From: an uncultured Gammaproteobacteria bacterium
Lineage (GTDB): Bacteria; Patescibacteriota; Patescibacteriia; 2-12-FULL-60-25
Assembly: GCA_964513705.1 (NCBI GenBank)
Contig: CAZENZ010000001.1
Location: forward strand, 1-40,893
Direction: 5' to 3'
Length of the DNA stretch: 40,893 bases
Shown here: piece after piece, positions 40,309 through 40,893 of the stretch
How the letters are laid out: every line of letters starts with the position of its first letter
Position numbering within the stretch: the first letter of the stretch is position 1
Translations under genes and position numbers: made by a program
The notes under the pieces: generated by a model
Database searches by the model: none
What the model was told of the DNA's origin: nothing
What the model saw: the letters and a program-made list of their open reading frames with translations, nothing else

Positions 40309-40317
40309 CCATGTTTT

Positions 40318-40351
40318 ACACAAACGGCCGCTCCAGAGCGGCCGTTTGTGT
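40318..40351. other. Perfect 15-bp GC-rich hairpin downstream of the VOC gene
   Basis: acacaaacggccgct (40318-40332), loop ccag, then agcggccgtttgtgt (40337-40351). It lies 19 nt after the VOC stop. No U-tract follows on the minus strand. Confidence 0.4.
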
Positions 40352-40369
40352 GCAGTGTATCAATGGTTT

Positions 40370-40789
40370 TTACGCAGCCTTCTCATCTGGTTGATGAATG
40401 CCGAACAGGTTTCCTTCCGTATCAATGAAGTAGCCCTGCCAAGCCATGCCTTTCAAGGCAAATTTAGGCATCGCTTCTGTTCCACCAGCAGCAAGAATAT
40501 TCTTGGCAGATTCGTCATAGGAGTCGACGATCAGGGTGCACACGTAGGCGTTCATTGCTTCGCCCTTGGCTGGATTCGGACACTGGCGGCGCAGAATGCC
40601 GCCGTTAATCCCACCGGCTGCATCGCGTTCACCGGTCATGACCATCCAATATTCCATCTGACCGCCCTCCCATTTCTTGATATCCCAACCAAACACCTTG
40701 CTGTAAAACTCAGCGCAGCGTTCTGGGTTCTCGGCATGAATCTCAAAGTGAGCAACGCGATTTGGCATACAATTGTAGACAAAAATCAT
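40370..40789 (-). CDS. VOC (glyoxalase/bleomycin-resistance/dioxygenase) family protein
   Basis: VAHFEIHAENPERCAEFYSKVFGWDI is a typical VOC N-terminal beta-alpha-beta motif. The protein is ~132-139 aa, with an alternative start at ATG 40768 (MPNRVAHFEI). Confidence 0.8.
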   Translation of the reverse strand: MIFVYNCMPNRVAHFEIHAENPERCAEFYSKVFGWDIKKWEGGQMEYWMVMTGERDAAGGINGGILRRQCPNPAKGEAMNAYVCTLIVDSYDESAKNILAAGGTEAMPKFALKGMAWQGYFIDTEGNLFGIHQPDEKAA

Positions 40790-40893
40790 CAGTTTTTCGA
40801 GTCTAGCAATCCCTTGTCCAATCGTCTACGTTGTTGCGTGATATACTCGTATTCGATGGTATGCTGACCATTTTACGTACATGTTTTGTGTGG

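Noticed and set aside
39624-40312. ORFs 39624-40280(-) 218 aa and 39671-40288(+) 205 aa, plus the N-terminal extension of 39719-40312(-)
   Set aside because: This is the same GC-rich stop-codon-depletion artefact, giving Arg/Gly/Pro-rich translations. The frame with three clean TM helices, starting at ATG 40150, is preferred. The extension to 40312 would run through the candidate promoter and palindrome.
40304-40867. A 187-aa plus-strand ORF
   Set aside because: It is fully antisense to the VOC-family gene, whose N-terminal motif is clearly recognisable. The plus-strand translation has no features.
1-40893. Alternative genetic code (UGA recoding, as in some CPR lineages)
   Set aside because: TGA terminates dgkA, ftsA, the 644-aa protein and the EVE-like fragment at family-typical lengths. 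It is also used in the ATGA start/stop overlaps. No conserved gene shows an in-frame TGA.
1-40893. Search for tRNA, rRNA, CRISPR arrays, transposases, integrases and phage genes
   Set aside because: I saw no spaced direct-repeat arrays and no cloverleaf-like sequence in the few intergenic gaps (2331-2468, 26852-27113, 29922-30109, 37224-37368). No ORF carries DDE or tyrosine/serine recombinase motifs. A by-eye scan cannot exclude small ncRNAs.

Overview
Bacterial window using the standard code: TGA, TAA and TAG all end recognisable genes at expected lengths. All domain calls are motif recognition by eye on the supplied translations; no searches were run and Pfam/TIGRFAM accessions are from memory. 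No rRNA, tRNA, CRISPR array, transposase or integrase was recognised.

(1) 1-25.3 kb is one uninterrupted plus-strand array with tiny or negative spacers:
- an EVE-like 3' gene fragment, lepB and hisS
- rpsU and a YqeY-family gene
- a 15.3-kb block of five exported or membrane proteins
- ybeY, dgkA and ftsA
- ftsZ, nrdR, an HtrA-like protease and pyk

In the 15.3-kb block, a 632/644-aa protein and a 3446-aa giant both open with a signal peptide plus a T4SS-pilin-like two-helix module. They are followed by three single-pass proteins carrying thrombospondin type-3 Ca-binding repeats.

(2) 25.3-40.9 kb is a mixed-strand accessory region. It holds a LysE exporter, an orphan NitT/TauT-type ABC permease+ATPase, an MsbA-like ABC exporter and a phosphodiester glycosidase. 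It also holds HD, EEP, GNAT, AstE/AspA, YerC/TrpR-like, SET-domain and VOC genes. Four visibly GC-richer single-gene islets punctuate it, at about 27.05-27.65, 29.3-29.9, 37.3-37.95 and 39.63-40.15 kb.

Gene content, the compact layout and the pilin-like modules suggest a small Patescibacteria/CPR-like genome (inference).

The best candidate for an undescribed system is the surface-protein locus at 3.2-18.5 kb. It is translationally chained into the ybeY-dgkA-ftsA operon and lacks the hallmarks of any known adhesin-display or pilus machinery.
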